Both the position numbers and the translations under genes were made by a program. Of a stretch of 64,000 nucleotides of DNA, positions 1-9,796 are shown piece after piece (positions within the stretch are counted from its first letter, which is position 1; each line of letters begins with the position of its first letter). Below the pieces are notes generated by a model, which saw only the letters and a list, made by a program, of their open reading frames with translations, was not told the DNA's origin and searched no databases. Source of the stretch: Calditrichia bacterium (GTDB lineage Bacteria > Calditrichota > Calditrichia > JAJRVZ01); the NCBI GenBank assembly GCA_963777955.1, contig CAVZSQ010000022.1, forward strand, positions 768,001 through 832,000, read 5' to 3'.

Positions 1-1
1 C

Positions 2-2311
2 ATAGCCGAGAAACTGCTTTTAGCCCCGGCCAGGGGTGCTATTGGTTTATATGCTTCGTCCGGTTTAGGCTGGTTGCATAATGATTTCGCCCTGGGCTGG
101 AATCTGACTTCGTTCTTATATACTCAGGGACTTACCATTGGTGAAGCGATGTGGTTGGCCGAAATTCATTACCTGGCCAATGATCAGTATGTAACAGAAG
201 AATACAGTACAATTATACCAGGCTATGCCGGTCTGAAATACTCAATGGTTCATCAATACAATCTGTTAGGAGATCCTTACCTGTCGCTGGCCCCGCCGGC
301 CGATGAACTGAAATTGAGCGGCAGTAATCCGATGCCCCAGCCCGGTGACACGCTCCAGATCGCTATCCAGGCCCCGTTTTTATCCGGAGACGGACGAATT
401 GAATTGGCTAATGAGAATCATGAATTAATTACAGAGCAATTCTATACGTTAAACGGCGCGCAAGCAGCGGTCTCGCTGCCTGTTCCGGGAGGTCTCTCAA
501 CCAACCAGTATCTTTATGCCAAGTCTTACGCCATCAGTTCCGCAGGTGATCGGGATGCGCGGGGGGTCTGGCCGATGACTCTTAATAAACCGCTGGTTGA
601 TTCGGTGCTGGTCAGCCCGGAAAATCTGCAGGTGGGGGATACGGTATTTTTCTCGGTTTTTATCACTACACCGTTGAGTCTCAACAGGGTTCGTCTGATC
701 AATCTTAAAGGTGCCAACGGTAGTTTTTATGTTCTCAATATGGCCAGGACAGGCGATTCGCTGTGGACCCATGCCGAAGGCTTTGGACCTTACTCGCAGG
801 CGGATACGATCGGTTTTGATGTCGAGATCATGGATAGCAACGGGAAACTTTATTTATCAAGATTGCATGAGTTTATTGTAGCGGACGCCAGACCGGATCT
901 GGAAGTCGTCACGAATAGCATTCGTTTGGGTGGTGCCCAGGAAATAGAATTACAGGCCAGGGTCAGAAATAATTCATCATTCGACCTGAATCAGGTGGAT
1001 CTGGGAGTTTTTCTTGATTCATACACCGGTGCCGAATCACCCTATAACAGCCAGTTGCTGGATCTGCAGGCTGGTCAGGCACTGCAGATTTCGATTCCAC
1101 TGGCTGCTGCTGCAAGCCTGCTGACCCCTGACCGTAAATTTTTCATGGTCATCGATTATCTGAAAAAACTCACTGAACGTTATGAGAATAATAATGAACA
1201 GTATACCTCCTTTGCCGGTGATTTATATTCCGTGACCTTACCATTGGGTACTTCTGCGGACGGTCTGGTGAATGACACCGTAAATTATCAGGGCATTTGC
1301 CGTTTCTATGTAGCACCGCAAACCATCAATCTTGCTTCAGTTTTAAAATTCAGCCGTAATCAGGAACCGTTTTATATTGAATCCAAAACCCAGCCGGGCT
1401 TTGCCTACTTACCTTTTCAGGGCATCATGGATTCCTGCTCTATAGAAATCGAACTGCTTAACCAGTCAGCCCAGCTCTTGAGCCCGGCTTACCTGGAATT
1501 CAGCCTGGCCACCGAACAGTATGGCTCACAATTTTTACAGAACGTTTATATTTGTAAATATGAATCACGGCTGGGACGCTGGGTAGCGCTGGATGAAAGT
1601 TCCCCTGGACAGGGAAAAATTTATACCTATACACTGACCGGCGGAGAATTTGCCCTGTTCCATATTGAAGATAATGACGAGCCCGAAATCGAGATTACGG
1701 TAAATGGCCGAACCATACATCAGGATATGATGATCCCTGAGAATCCCCGGATCGCCTTTATTCTTCAGGACAAGAATGGAATTAATCTGTCCAATGGATT
1801 CAGCGTGATGGTCGATGAAAATTCTCTGCCGAGTGACCGGATTAATTATCCGGATTCCATCCAGAACGCCAATGCTATTTCAATTCTGACCACCCCCGAG
1901 TTAAGTGCCGGTAAACATAACCTGACGGTAAGCGTTTGCGATGCCAAGGGTAATACAACGACCCGGTCTGTTGATTTTATAATAACGGGTGATTTTCAAA
2001 TTCAGATTTTTGGTAACTATCCCAACCCGTTTGCGGAAAGTACGATTATTGCCCTGCAAATTATATCTCCCAATGTACTGGATGAGCTGGAGGTCAAGAT
2101 CTATACGGTCTCGGGCAGATTGATCAGGAAAATAACCAGTCTGGAACAATATCCGGATGAGCAGTGGGATCCGGGATATCATGAAATCGAATGGAACGGC
2201 CGGGATGATGATGGGGTCAAGGTGGCCAACGGGGTTTATTTTGCCGTGCTGCGGGCAAAGTTGAGGGGGGAGTCGATCGAAAAAACTCTTAAACTGGCGA
2301 AACTAAGATGA
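2..2311 (+). CDS. C25 (gingipain/PorU-like) cysteine peptidase, 5'-truncated by the window edge, with CARDB/Ig domains and a C-terminal FlgD-Ig/T9SS-type sorting domain
   Basis: Frame is open from base 2 (IAEKLLLAPARGAIGLYASSGLGW...YNLLGDP, typical end of a C25 domain); CARDB-like ERYENNN; C-terminus GNYPNPF...VKIYTVSGRLIR...WNGRDDDGVKVANGVYF. Confidence 0.8.
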   Translation: MAEKLLLAPARGAIGLYASSGLGWLHNDFALGWNLTSFLYTQGLTIGEAMWLAEIHYLANDQYVTEEYSTIIPGYAGLKYSMVHQYNLLGDPYLSLAPPADELKLSGSNPMPQPGDTLQIAIQAPFLSGDGRIELANENHELITEQFYTLNGAQAAVSLPVPGGLSTNQYLYAKSYAISSAGDRDARGVWPMTLNKPLVDSVLVSPENLQVGDTVFFSVFITTPLSLNRVRLINLKGANGSFYVLNMARTGDSLWTHAEGFGPYSQADTIGFDVEIMDSNGKLYLSRLHEFIVADARPDLEVVTNSIRLGGAQEIELQARVRNNSSFDLNQVDLGVFLDSYTGAESPYNSQLLDLQAGQALQISIPLAAAASLLTPDRKFFMVIDYLKKLTERYENNNEQYTSFAGDLYSVTLPLGTSADGLVNDTVNYQGICRFYVAPQTINLASVLKFSRNQEPFYIESKTQPGFAYLPFQGIMDSCSIEIELLNQSAQLLSPAYLEFSLATEQYGSQFLQNVYICKYESRLGRWVALDESSPGQGKIYTYTLTGGEFALFHIEDNDEPEIEITVNGRTIHQDMMIPENPRIAFILQDKNGINLSNGFSVMVDENSLPSDRINYPDSIQNANAISILTTPELSAGKHNLTVSVCDAKGNTTTRSVDFIITGDFQIQIFGNYPNPFAESTIIALQIISPNVLDELEVKIYTVSGRLIRKITSLEQYPDEQWDPGYHEIEWNGRDDDGVKVANGVYFAVLRAKLRGESIEKTLKLAKLR

Positions 2312-3321
2312 AAAAATTTATAAACTATATTCTTATCCTGTTTTTACTGCCGGCAGTATCATTCCCGGCCGATACGAAGTATGGCGGTGCTTTTCTGGAA
2401 CTGGGTGTGGGCGCGCGTCCTCTGGCTCTGGGTAGTGCCTATGTTTCCCTGGCGGATGACGGTTCGGGATTTTACTGGAATCCAGCCGGAGTTTCTTTCG
2501 TACAGCGGCTGAATGTATCGCTGATGTATGCCAATCTTTTTAATTCGCTGGAAAATCATGGATTCATCAGTGCCTCCTTACCGGTTTTTGGCGGTGCGGT
2601 AATATCAGCCAGTTGGATCCGTCTGGCGGTAGATGATATACCCAGGTACGACGGGATCTATTCATATGATGATTATTTGCATCGTAAAGATGATCCGGCC
2701 TTGTGGCTGGATGATCCGGCCCAGGGTAGTTTCAATTTTGCCAGCAATGCTTATTTCGTCACTTTTTCCAAACTTTCCAAAATAAGGGTGGATCTGGGCT
2801 GGCAATATTTCGAATTGCCATTTGAGATAGGTTATGGTTTAAACTTTAAAATGCTGGATATAAAACTGGCTGATAGAACAGGCTCCGGGATGGGTCTGGA
2901 CGGCGGCCTGCGTTTGAAACTGGGACTGGACACTCTGTTTGCCGACGAGAATTATGGCGATCTGAATTTTGGTCTGGCTGTCGCAGACCTGTTCGGTACC
3001 CATATAACCTGGGATACGGATTCCAAACAACAGGATAAGGTCGATCGTAACTGGCGTTATGGCTTCAGTTACTCCCAGCCGTTGCATTTTATTGAAAGCG
3101 AAATCCTGCTGCTGTACGATCTAAATTCAAAATATAAGGGCAGTATGCATTTTGGCTTTGAATTTACATATAAAAAATTTCTGGCCCTGCGTCTGGGCAG
3201 CAATGATGGAAATTTTACGGCAGGGGCAGGTTTGGCCTACTGGGGTATTGGAGTCGATTATGCGTTCCAGTTGCATGACCTGGGTAATTTGCATCGGGTA
3301 GGTATAACATTAGGTTTCTAA
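2308..3321 (+). CDS. PorV/PorQ-family outer-membrane beta-barrel
   Basis: Signal peptide; FLELGVGARPLALGSAYVSLADDGSGFYWNPAG N-terminal signature; ends LGNLHRVGITLGF; ATGA overlap with the C25 gene. Confidence 0.85.
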   Translation: MKKFINYILILFLLPAVSFPADTKYGGAFLELGVGARPLALGSAYVSLADDGSGFYWNPAGVSFVQRLNVSLMYANLFNSLENHGFISASLPVFGGAVISASWIRLAVDDIPRYDGIYSYDDYLHRKDDPALWLDDPAQGSFNFASNAYFVTFSKLSKIRVDLGWQYFELPFEIGYGLNFKMLDIKLADRTGSGMGLDGGLRLKLGLDTLFADENYGDLNFGLAVADLFGTHITWDTDSKQQDKVDRNWRYGFSYSQPLHFIESEILLLYDLNSKYKGSMHFGFEFTYKKFLALRLGSNDGNFTAGAGLAYWGIGVDYAFQLHDLGNLHRVGITLGF

Positions 3322-3322
3322 A

Positions 3323-4054
3323 ATGAACCGAACCATTTTCTTAATTTTTCTGCTGCTGGTTGTTTCCTGCGACAATTCACAGGGTCCGGAATTGCCGCAG
3401 CCGGCCAGGGTACAATGGGTACCCCGTTCCAGCGATCTGGCTGCCGTTGAGAGTGGTATCGATGCCGTACCGGAAAGCGATGGGATTAAATTGCAGTGGT
3501 TCAGTTTGCACGATCAAAACCTGAAAAAATATTCCATTTACCGGCGTAAAAGTCAGGAAACTTATTTTAAAGTCATAAAAACCATAGATCTGGAAACAGC
3601 ATTCCCCGGGCAGGATACTGTCTTTGTTGATGATGATCCGGACATGGAATTTTACAGATATACTTATTATTATATTTCCGGAACCAACCGCGATGATCTG
3701 GAAGGTTTGCCATCGGATACAGTGAGATATCAGTTGCTGGAAAAATCTCAGACCTATGTACCGAACGGGGAAACGATTACCGGTTTACCCGTGTTTTACT
3801 GGTCGTTTCCACAAACAGCAACTCCCGATTCGTTCATTTTGCGTATAGAACAGGAATATTTAAACAGACTGCATTATATTGCCAAATTTCAGAGTAACTA
3901 TGATTCCCCTGACCAGACTCTGAATTTAACCCTGGTAGCCAATCCGCCTTCATTCGACTCGGGATTTTCCTACCGCTGGAGAATTGACAGCATCGGTCCG
4001 GATTCCAGCAGCAGCGGGGCCGAATCGGCCTGGAAAATTTTCTATATAAATTAA
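3323..4054 (+). CDS. Lipoprotein with fibronectin type III-like domains
   Basis: Lipobox-like LLVVSC; IKLQW...YSIYRR and YRWRIDS FN3-like motifs. Confidence 0.6.
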   Translation: MNRTIFLIFLLLVVSCDNSQGPELPQPARVQWVPRSSDLAAVESGIDAVPESDGIKLQWFSLHDQNLKKYSIYRRKSQETYFKVIKTIDLETAFPGQDTVFVDDDPDMEFYRYTYYYISGTNRDDLEGLPSDTVRYQLLEKSQTYVPNGETITGLPVFYWSFPQTATPDSFILRIEQEYLNRLHYIAKFQSNYDSPDQTLNLTLVANPPSFDSGFSYRWRIDSIGPDSSSSGAESAWKIFYIN

Positions 4055-4063
4055 GAAGAGGAA

Positions 4064-4531
4064 TTGATGAACAAGATAGTACTATTTTTCTTCCTGGTAT
4101 TGTTAGCATTCCCATGCCAGGCCCAGGATGAGCAGTATCTCCAGTTCGGCGACCGGCCGGCCCAATATATTCTGGGCGGCAGGGATGTTTTATTGATCAA
4201 TGTAAATCTCTGGGGGCATGTGCAGCGGCCCGGGATTTACAGTATTCCCAGCACCTATGGTTTGATCGATCTGATCTCTTCGGCGGGTGGACCTTTAAAA
4301 ACAGCCCGTTTGAGCGAGGTCCGTATTATCCGCAATAACAGGTCGGTCGTATCGATTAACATTGATCGGTTTATAAAAACAGGCGATAACACTTTGTTAC
4401 CAGTACTGCAACCCGGGGATACGATTATCGTTTCGGGGAGCGTAACGGATATGTTTACGCGGATTATCGCCGTTTTACGGGATATTGCCATCATTTTGAA
4501 CGTGGTCTACCTGACCCAACTTGTAAAGTAG
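4064..4531 (+). CDS. SLBB (soluble ligand-binding beta-grasp) domain protein, Wza-like
   Basis: VNLWGHVQRPGIYSIP...LIDLISSAGG...VRIIR...LQPGDTIIVS followed by an amphipathic C-terminal helix. Confidence 0.8.
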   Translation: MMNKIVLFFFLVLLAFPCQAQDEQYLQFGDRPAQYILGGRDVLLINVNLWGHVQRPGIYSIPSTYGLIDLISSAGGPLKTARLSEVRIIRNNRSVVSINIDRFIKTGDNTLLPVLQPGDTIIVSGSVTDMFTRIIAVLRDIAIILNVVYLTQLVK

Positions 4532-4557
4532 ATAGAATTAGGAATGATTAATTTCCC

Positions 4558-4586
4558 TTGACTGAGTAATTGAGTCTTTATAAATT
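4558..4586 (+). promoter_or_regulatory. Putative sigma70-type promoter
   Basis: TTGACT-17 nt-TAAATT upstream of a GGAGG SD and ATG at 4627. Confidence 0.5.
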
Positions 4587-4626
4587 TAAAATTATTAATA
4601 TATTCTGACAATTGTTGGAGGTTGGG

Positions 4627-5772
4627 ATGAAAAAATTCATCTCTGGTGTATTAATTTGCTTTTTTGTTACCGTGGGTTTTGCCCAATATGCTGGCAGTAA
4701 ATCCTTAATGAAAACTCAGACTGCAAAAACTTTTGAAGCCGGCCGGCTGGATTTTCGCAGTGATATTAATTTTTTTACCAAGCTGGCGGATGACCTGCTG
4801 AGCCGGATTGATTTTACAGCGGCCAATTACTGGGTAGTCAGCAGCAATATGCTTATGACCTATGGTATTGTTGACAATGTGGATCTGACCGTGGCTTTGC
4901 GTTTATATCAGGATACCCATTATAAAAACGAGTACAACCTGCCGGATGATATTTTTGCTACTTTGAAATTCGGTTCTTTCTCTTTTGGCAAGCGGCGATT
5001 TTACGGTGCCGGCATGTTGAACCTTCGCTTTGGTACCGGGGATATCCACAATTACGCTTTCGTGGAGTATGCCAGCGGGGGGTTGGAATACGGGATCAAG
5101 GGCGCCTTATCATATTATATCGATCCTTATCTGCCCGAACGGAATTTCTCGGCTCACCTGAACCTGGGCTGGTATAATCATAACGATGCCAGTAAAATCG
5201 TATATAGCCCACCCAATGAACCCAACATAAAACTTGAAGCCGGTGAAAATGGTATGGAACTCCAATATGGTTTAGGAATGATCTATCCGGTGGGTCTGGT
5301 CGATTTTATGCTGGAGTTAAACGGGATCAATTTTCTGACGCAGCCGGACAGCATTGTTTTTAGCCGGGAAGATTATATGTATTTAACTCCATCGATTCGT
5401 TATAAGCCCTATGGCTGGTTGTCACTCGATCTGGGTGTGGATATAAGAATGTCTGCGGACAAGGACGAGACCAGTTATGCATCAGCAGTCGGAGTACGTA
5501 ATCCGTTTGGTGGTTTAGATCTTCCTAATTATGCCAACTGGATGGCTCATGTGGGCTTTACATTCCACATCCTGCCTCCCAGGGATCAGAGTTACGGCGG
5601 GATGGAACGCGACCGCTTCAATCGCCGGATTGATTATTTTGGCAATTCCATGGCCGATCGTGACCGGTTGGAGAAAGTGCGTCAGGAGTTGGAAAAACTG
5701 AAGAAACAGCGCGAAGATGCCGAAAAAGAGTTAGAGGAATTAAAAACAGTCCTGGAAGAAGAGGGCAAATAA
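4627..5772 (+). CDS. Outer-membrane beta-barrel-like protein with C-terminal coiled coil (paralog 1)
   Basis: Signal peptide after SD GGAGG; alternating beta-strand pattern; E/K-rich heptad tail (LEKVRQELEKLKKQREDAEKELEELK). Confidence 0.6.
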   Translation: MKKFISGVLICFFVTVGFAQYAGSKSLMKTQTAKTFEAGRLDFRSDINFFTKLADDLLSRIDFTAANYWVVSSNMLMTYGIVDNVDLTVALRLYQDTHYKNEYNLPDDIFATLKFGSFSFGKRRFYGAGMLNLRFGTGDIHNYAFVEYASGGLEYGIKGALSYYIDPYLPERNFSAHLNLGWYNHNDASKIVYSPPNEPNIKLEAGENGMELQYGLGMIYPVGLVDFMLELNGINFLTQPDSIVFSREDYMYLTPSIRYKPYGWLSLDLGVDIRMSADKDETSYASAVGVRNPFGGLDLPNYANWMAHVGFTFHILPPRDQSYGGMERDRFNRRIDYFGNSMADRDRLEKVRQELEKLKKQREDAEKELEELKTVLEEEGK

Positions 5773-5817
5773 TTTCAAATTCAGGTTAATCAAAACCATT
5801 TGAATCCGGAAAATTCC

Positions 5818-6954
5818 ATGAAAATACTAACAATATCTGTTATTAGTCTGTTGCTCTGTATCTCCGTTTTCGGCCAGAACGCCGGCAGTAATATTTTTAC
5901 GCATACACAGTCCGGCCGGAGTTACGGTGCCGGGCATTTTGAAGTTTATAATCAGAGTGCCTTCTTTACCGCGAGTGTCGGCACTATTACCACACCACCT
6001 CCAGAGCCGGCATTTTCCGGCAGCAGTTACTGGCTGGTACAGAATAACTTCGCCCTGGTCTATGGACCGGTGGAGCATCTTGATCTGATCCTGAAATTAG
6101 GTTTTTATCAGGATTCCCATTATATGAGCGATTTCAATTTTCCTGATGCCATCTCTTTTACTTTAAAAGGAGGCTCGCTCACCTTTGCCGGGCGCCATTT
6201 ATATGCTGCCGGAATGCTGAACCTGTCCAGGCCAATGGGGGATACCCATAATTACCCGCTGGTCGAATACAGCAGCACTGCTCAGTTTGAATTCGGTGTT
6301 ACCGGCGCACTTTCATATTACAGCGATATCTATTACCCCGACAATTCTTTTTCCGCGCATTTGAATGTCGGTTACTTCAGTCATAATGCCGCAAAATCAG
6401 TGGCCTATAATAAAGAAAATCTTGAGATACTGGCCGGTACTAATGGCGTCGGAGTTCAGTACGGTCTTGGTTTGATCTATCCTTTACGGCTGATCGAGTT
6501 CCGGGTAGAATTGTCTGGAATTCAGTATCTGCAGCAGCCGGATACTATAGTTTACGGCCGGGAAGATTACATGTACGTAACCCCCTCCATCCGCTACAAA
6601 CCGTTCCACTGGCTTTCCATTGATCTGGGGCTTGACTATAGAATTTCAGCAGATGAGGAAAAGACCACTGGGGCGTATCTTTATACAGACAATATGGGTC
6701 TGCCCAATTATGCCGACTGGAAAGCACAAATCGGTTTAAATTTTAAAATTTTCCCGTTTGCGCCCCCTCCTAAATCGGTCGAACAAATCAAGTCCGAACA
6801 GTTTAACCAGAGAATTGACTACTTCCGCGGCATGGTTGAAGACCGGGAACGATTGCAAAATGCCCGTGAGGATATTGAAGCAATCAAAACTGAACGACGC
6901 AAGGTCGAACGGGAAATAAAAGAACTGAAACAAGCCCTGGAAGCGCAAGGGTAA
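5818..6954 (+). CDS. Outer-membrane beta-barrel-like protein with C-terminal coiled coil (paralog 2)
   Basis: Shares REDYMY.TPSIRYKP..WLS.DLG, LPNYA.W and FN.RIDYF motifs with the upstream gene; signal peptide from ATG 5818. Confidence 0.6.
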   Translation: MKILTISVISLLLCISVFGQNAGSNIFTHTQSGRSYGAGHFEVYNQSAFFTASVGTITTPPPEPAFSGSSYWLVQNNFALVYGPVEHLDLILKLGFYQDSHYMSDFNFPDAISFTLKGGSLTFAGRHLYAAGMLNLSRPMGDTHNYPLVEYSSTAQFEFGVTGALSYYSDIYYPDNSFSAHLNVGYFSHNAAKSVAYNKENLEILAGTNGVGVQYGLGLIYPLRLIEFRVELSGIQYLQQPDTIVYGREDYMYVTPSIRYKPFHWLSIDLGLDYRISADEEKTTGAYLYTDNMGLPNYADWKAQIGLNFKIFPFAPPPKSVEQIKSEQFNQRIDYFRGMVEDRERLQNAREDIEAIKTERRKVEREIKELKQALEAQG

Positions 6955-7157
6955 GCGGCAGAACATCCCTGCTTGTAATAATTTCTAATGTATAATTAAT
7001 AAAGTCTTCAAAAGTAATTCTCAAAACTTTATACTTCTCACTCAATCTTGCGGGCAGTAAATTCAGATTCAGCCAGGCTTTATTGCCTAAGTAACAAAAA
7101 AATATTAAATTAAAAGTCTGAATTTTTATATTGTTCATTATTTCAACAGGAGTTTTT

Positions 7158-8257
7158 ATGGATTCGGAGTTAATGGAACGGATTAAAAAGGTCAGGGAAA
7201 ATCTAATCCATCTGCGGAGTTATCTTTGACCTGGATAATAAGATACAGGAAGTAAAAACACTCGAACAGCAATCGACCGATCCGAATTTTTGGACGGATA
7301 ATGTGAAAGCCCAATCGGTACTGCGTGAAATCAATGAAAACAAATCATGGATCACCAGTTGGGATAAACAAAAAACACTACTGGATGATATCGATGTTTT
7401 ACTGGAATTACAGGAAGAAAATCCGGCGGAAAATCTGGACCAGGATATAAACGACCATCTGCTCGTCATAGAAAAGAATCTGGAAGATCTGGAACTGCGT
7501 AAGATGTTCAATGGCGAGATGGATGGACGCAATGCCATTCTGACCATACACCCCGGAGCCGGCGGAACCGAATCGCAGGATTGGGCCACCATGCTGATGC
7601 GCATGTATTTGCGCTACTGTGAGGGTACCGGATTTAAAACCGAAACGCTCGATTTACAGGCCGGTGAAGAAGCGGGTATTAAAAGTGTCACCATTGAAGT
7701 CGTGGGTGAGTTATGCTTATGGTTATCTTAAAGCCGAAGCGGGTGTGCACCGGCTGGTGCGCATTTCGCCTTTTGACTCCAATAGCCGCCGGCATACTTC
7801 ATTCGCCTCGGTTTTTGTCCTGCCGGTGATGGATGAAAAAATTGACATTGATATCGATCCCAACGATTTGCGCATCGATACCTTCCGGGCCAGCGGCGCC
7901 GGAGGGCAGCATGTCAATAAAACCAGTTCGGCAGTGCGTATTACTCACATCCCCAGCGGGATTGTGGTACAATGCCAGAATGAACGCTCGCAGCATAAGA
8001 ATAAAGCAAATGCCATGAAAATCCTGGCAGCGCGGTTGTATAAACTTAAAGAAGAGGAACAGCAGCGCGAGCGTCAGAAAATGGAAAATGAGAAGAAAGA
8101 TATTGCCTGGGGGCATCAGATCCGATCCTACGTCTTTCATCCCTATAATATGGTCAAGGATCATCGCACAGGTTTTGAAACCAGTAATATACAGGCCGTC
8201 ATGGATGGAAATTTATACGAATTTATTAAAGCCTATTTAATTCAATCAACCAATTAG
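7158..8257 (+). CDS. prfB: Peptide chain release factor 2 (programmed +1 frameshift at 7224-7230; extra, probably artefactual, insertion near 7711)
   Basis: SD AGGAG and ATG 7158; MDSEL...RSYL then CTT TGA C; +1 frame DLDNK...[18 protein letters not shown] tripeptide, GGQ motif, WGHQIRSYV. Confidence 0.97.
7215..7230 (+). promoter_or_regulatory. RF2 autoregulatory +1 frameshift site
   Basis: GCGGAGTTATCTTTGAC: internal SD-like GGAG, slippery CTTT and UGA-C stop. Confidence 0.93.
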
Positions 8258-8296
8258 AGTTTGTTCATATCGCGGTATAAACAACAGGAGAACGCT

Positions 8297-9784
8297 GTGG
8301 AAGAACTGAATCAACTCATGCTGATGCGTCGCGAAAAATTAAATAAGATCAAAGAAATGGGGATTGATCCGTATCCGTATAATTTTGAAAAAACCCATTT
8401 TTCCGATGAGATCAAAAACAGTTTCGAACAACTTGAGCATCAAAAGGTTGCTGTCTCGGGCAGAATCATGTCCATCCGGCTGATGGGTAAAGCGGCTTTT
8501 GCCCATCTGCAGGACCAAAACGGGAAAGTTCAGATATATTTGAAATCCGACCATGTGGGGGAAGAAAATTTTACCCTGTTCAAATTGCTGGACATTGGTG
8601 ACATCATCGGATCAATTGGTGAAGTCTTCAAAACCAAAACCGGCGAAGTATCGGTCTACGTCGAAACTTTTAAATTACTGACCAAATCGCTGCGTCCTTT
8701 ACCGGTGGTAAAGGAAAAAATAGAGGAGAATGAACGTGTGGTCTATGATCAGTTCGTGGATATTGAGACCCGCTACCGTCAGCGTTACGTGGATCTTATC
8801 GTCAATCCTGACGTAAAAGAGGTATTTATCAAACGAACCCGGATCATTACCGCGATGCGTTCTTTTTTAAATACCCGTAATTTTATCGAAGTGGAAACAC
8901 CGATCCTGCAGCCCATCTATGGCGGAGCTGCTGCCCGGCCGTTTATTACTCATCATAACACACTGGATATCGATTTGTATCTGCGTATTGCCAATGAATT
9001 GTATCTTAAACGGCTGATCGTCGGCGGATTCGACCGGGTATACGAATTTGCCAAGGATTTCCGCAATGAAGGTATGGACCGCTTCCATAATCCGGAATTT
9101 ACCATGCTCGAATTGTACGTAGCCTACCAGGATTATAAATGGATGATGTCCTTCGTGGAAGAATTGATCGGCCAGGTGGCCAGGGAAGTAATCGGCGGTT
9201 ATAAGTTTACTTATCAGCAGCATGAAGTTGATCTGACGCCTCCCTGGCAGCGCCTGACCATCTTTGAGGCCATAAAAAAATATGCAGATCTGGATCTGAG
9301 CAACATGACTGAAGACGAATTGCGTAAGACGGCTCGCCGCCTGGAGATCAGGGAAGATCCGTCCATGGGTTATGGCAAACTCATCGATGAAATTTTCAGC
9401 GCCTGTGTAGAACCCAAGTTGATCCAGCCGACTTTTATAATGGATTATCCGGTGGCGATGTCGCCGCTGGCCAAGAAGCACCGGGATAATCCGCAACTGG
9501 TTGAACGGTTCGAACCGATTATTTGCGGTAAAGAGATTGCCAATGCCTTCAGTGAATTAAACGATCCTTTCGATCAACGGGAGCGTTTCATGGACCAGAT
9601 GAAATTACGCGAGCGGGGAGATGAGGAGGCCCAGGTTCTGGACGAAGATTTTCTGCGCGCCCTGGAATATGGTATGCCGCCGACAACCGGTCTGGGAGTC
9701 GGCATCGACCGTCTGGCCATTTTACTGACAAATTCCGCCAGCATCCGCGATGTCATATTTTTCCCCCAGATGCGGCCTGAATAG
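8297..9784 (+). CDS. lysS: Lysine--tRNA ligase (class II)
   Basis: [68 protein letters not shown] start after AGGAG. Confidence 0.98.
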   Translation: MEELNQLMLMRREKLNKIKEMGIDPYPYNFEKTHFSDEIKNSFEQLEHQKVAVSGRIMSIRLMGKAAFAHLQDQNGKVQIYLKSDHVGEENFTLFKLLDIGDIIGSIGEVFKTKTGEVSVYVETFKLLTKSLRPLPVVKEKIEENERVVYDQFVDIETRYRQRYVDLIVNPDVKEVFIKRTRIITAMRSFLNTRNFIEVETPILQPIYGGAAARPFITHHNTLDIDLYLRIANELYLKRLIVGGFDRVYEFAKDFRNEGMDRFHNPEFTMLELYVAYQDYKWMMSFVEELIGQVAREVIGGYKFTYQQHEVDLTPPWQRLTIFEAIKKYADLDLSNMTEDELRKTARRLEIREDPSMGYGKLIDEIFSACVEPKLIQPTFIMDYPVAMSPLAKKHRDNPQLVERFEPIICGKEIANAFSELNDPFDQRERFMDQMKLRERGDEEAQVLDEDFLRALEYGMPPTTGLGVGIDRLAILLTNSASIRDVIFFPQMRPE

Positions 9785-9796
9785 AAGGTGGTGTAA

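Noticed and set aside
7700..7731. Second programmed frameshift in prfB
   Set aside because: No slippery site or stimulator; a single extra T (GAG T TAT GCT) fits the window-wide insertion-error pattern
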